Assembly: GCA_035221665.1 (NCBI GenBank)
Contig: CM069156.1
Location: forward strand, 26,412,001-26,476,000
Source of the DNA: Okamejei kenojei
Taxonomy: Eukaryota
Direction: 5' to 3'
DNA: 64,000 nt
Shown here: piece by piece, positions 61,711 to 64,000 of the stretch
Numbering within the stretch: the stretch's first letter is position 1
How the letters are laid out: every line of letters starts with the position of its first letter
Made by a program: the position numbers and the translations under genes
Notes under the pieces: generated by a model
Told to the model about the DNA's origin: nothing
Databases searched by the model: none
What the model saw: the letters and a program-made list of their open reading frames with translations, nothing else

Positions 61711-64000
61711 CAGGTGACTTATCAGGCACATGTGGAAAGCACAGTTTAAAAGACACTAATGATTTTATTTGAGCAAAAGTTGGAATGTGGGGCAAGGTAA
61801 ATGGAGTGTGGGGCAAGGTAAATTAGGTCCAAACTGATGTGGAGATTGTTTCCTTTAAAATGTGGTCTTCATTGACAGAACCTACAATATGAAAGATATC
61901 TGGTGTATCGGAAGCTGAGGGGAGACCTGAATGAAATATATAAAATTATGAGAAGCATAGACAGTGTAGTTGGTCTGAACTTTTTTCCCCAGAGTGGAAA
62001 TGTCAAAGACAAGTGGGCAGAGCTTTAAGATGAGAGGGGAAAAGTTTGAAAGAAATGGGCAAGGCGCGTGAGTGGGTGGTTGGAGTGGGGATGGAGGCAG
62101 AAATGAAAATGGCATTCAAGAAGCCTTTAGATAGGCACATAGATATGGAGGGATATGAACTCCATGCAGGCAGAGACAAGGAGATTAGTTTAACTTGGCA
62201 TCATGTCCAGTACAGACATTGCGGGCCAAAGGACCTATTCATGTGCTGTAGTGTTCTGTGTTCTGTGGCTAGAGAATTATCTGAAGCTGGCATCCAAAGA
62301 ATAAGATTATTTTCAAAGGGAATTACATAGTTCCGTTAAGAAGAATGCTGAAGAACATAGGGAGCAAATACTGAGATTACATAGTGCTTTAGATGAATCC
62401 TCTGCTGGTCTTGATTTAATGAAAGGCAAACATTGTCTGCATTCTGCAGTGTCCACACCACTCGTTGTTGGCCCTAGGCTGTTCCTGCACAAATTCAGTT
62501 AATCATCGCACAGAGGAGGAGGCCCATTTGTCCTGTCAACATCAAGGCAGCGCTCTGCATGGCAGTTCACTCAATTACATCAGAGAAGCTGGAAACCTTC
62601 AGATCCTGCAACATCCGTGGAGAGAGAAACTGCATTAACATTCTAGATGGCTGAACGTCCCGTAGAACTATTGATCTAATATGAGAACCATCCTTCTCAT
62701 GGATAAATAGAAGAGGATGAGGACATTTGGCCCTTCGAGCCTGATCCACAATTCAATAAAATGATTGCTGATCGTCAAGATTTGGATAGCCAGTTCCAGC
62801 TTTCTGCTCACATTGCTTGATCCCTCCAACCCTGACTTCATCTAGCTTCTGTGCTGAAGAAATTTCTCCCCATCCAGTCCTACATGATGCCTTTTATCCT
62901 TTGGACTGTGAGCCCAACTGAAAGAGGTCGCTGTCATCGGGAACATCCTTCTTCTCAACTAGATCTTTTTCCAGCACCCTGGCTGGGACAGTGAGTGTAG
63001 TCCTTACTTGCGACCGCCAGCACCTGCTCCCAACCATCTCCCGTGGGGTGTGATGGAAACTACGGTGTCCTCTCCTTTTGGTTGCACACATGTCCCCGTG
63101 CCAGAGATTCCTCTTTAGTCGCAAGCTCAGCAGTGGCTTTTATCCATGCCATGAATGATGCGCCGTTGATTGGGTGCAGTCGATCTCTGGTTTATACGCT
63201 GCTGTGGTCCCCTGAAGAACATGCACTATTGCAGCAAGACATCCCTGCTCCTACATTCAGATCCTCTTGCTACGAAAGCCATAGCACCTGCACGCTTGCC
63301 TTCAGTGATTGGTGAACATGTACCCCGATGTCTCAGTGTGTCTCCCCTATTTCTAATTCTTGGCCATTCAGATAATCTGCATTCCCGTTATTTCCATCAA
63401 AAAAGGGGAACCTTGCATTTTTGCACATGATATATCTGCTCACTCCGTCAACTCTCCATGTCAACCTTCATCCTCCAGAGCTCATTCACTCTCCCAGCTC
63501 TGTGTCACTCACTGACTTAGAGATTCCACTTTTAGAACATAGAACAGTACAGCCCAGGAGCGGCCCTTCGGCCCACAACGTTTCAGCAGAACATGATGCC
63601 AAGGTAAACTAATTTCCTTTGCCTGCAAGTGATCCATATCCCTCCATTCCCTGCATATCGACGTACATATCTAAAACCTTCTTAAACGCCACAAGCATAT
63701 CTATCTCCACACCACTCCTCACAATGAGTTCTAGGCATTCACCACTGTTTAAAAATACTTGGCCTGCACATCTCCGTTCAACTCTTGTACCTCTCAACTT
63801 TATGCCTTTTAGTCTTTTGATATTTCCACCCTTGGACAAAGATTCTGACAGTCTAGACAGAAGGAACTGCAGATACTAGTTTACAAATAAAAATGCAAAG
63901 TGCTGGAGGAACTCAGCGGGTCAGGCAGCATTTCTGGAGAGCATAGATGTGCAAAGTTTTGGGTAGGGACCCAATGTTACTACAATCCCTACTACTTCAA

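Noticed and set aside
61781-61822. Two 21-bp direct repeats as a CRISPR-like or regulatory array
   Set aside because: A simple two-unit tandem duplication without spacers, in vertebrate DNA.
52067-64000. FLOT2 exon 6 (DVYDKVDYLSSLGK...)
   Set aside because: No matching coding sequence with splice sites was found by eye; it probably lies beyond the window.

Overview
Eukaryotic, intron-dominated genomic DNA, most likely from a cartilaginous fish (skate or ray), inferred from HE1-type SINEs, HER1-type CR1 LINEs and abundant Penelope-derived repeats recognised from memory. The only host gene is flotillin-2 (FLOT2/reggie-1) on the + strand. It contributes coding exons 2, 3a, 3b, 4 and 5; exon 1 and exons 6 onward were not found and presumably lie outside the window. 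Exons 3a and 3b are a tandem, same-length (91 nt) mutually exclusive pair, and a third, decayed but frame-preserving copy of 3b lies about 1.1 kb further downstream. The rest is intronic and rich in transposon fragments (CR1, RTE, RTEX-like and Rex1/L2-like LINEs, Penelope-like elements, SINEs, Tigger-, hAT- and Harbinger-like DNA elements), with one 579-nt N gap. The most notable signals are RNA-level. (1) A 135-bp retroposon flanked by a target-site duplication (TSD) has first 54 nt that fold into a complete minimal HDV/CPEB3-like self-cleaving ribozyme. (2) A family of short, often palindromic Penelope-derived insertions carries minimal hammerhead ribozyme cores. Repeat family names are recall-based and need database confirmation, and most repeat boundaries are approximate.
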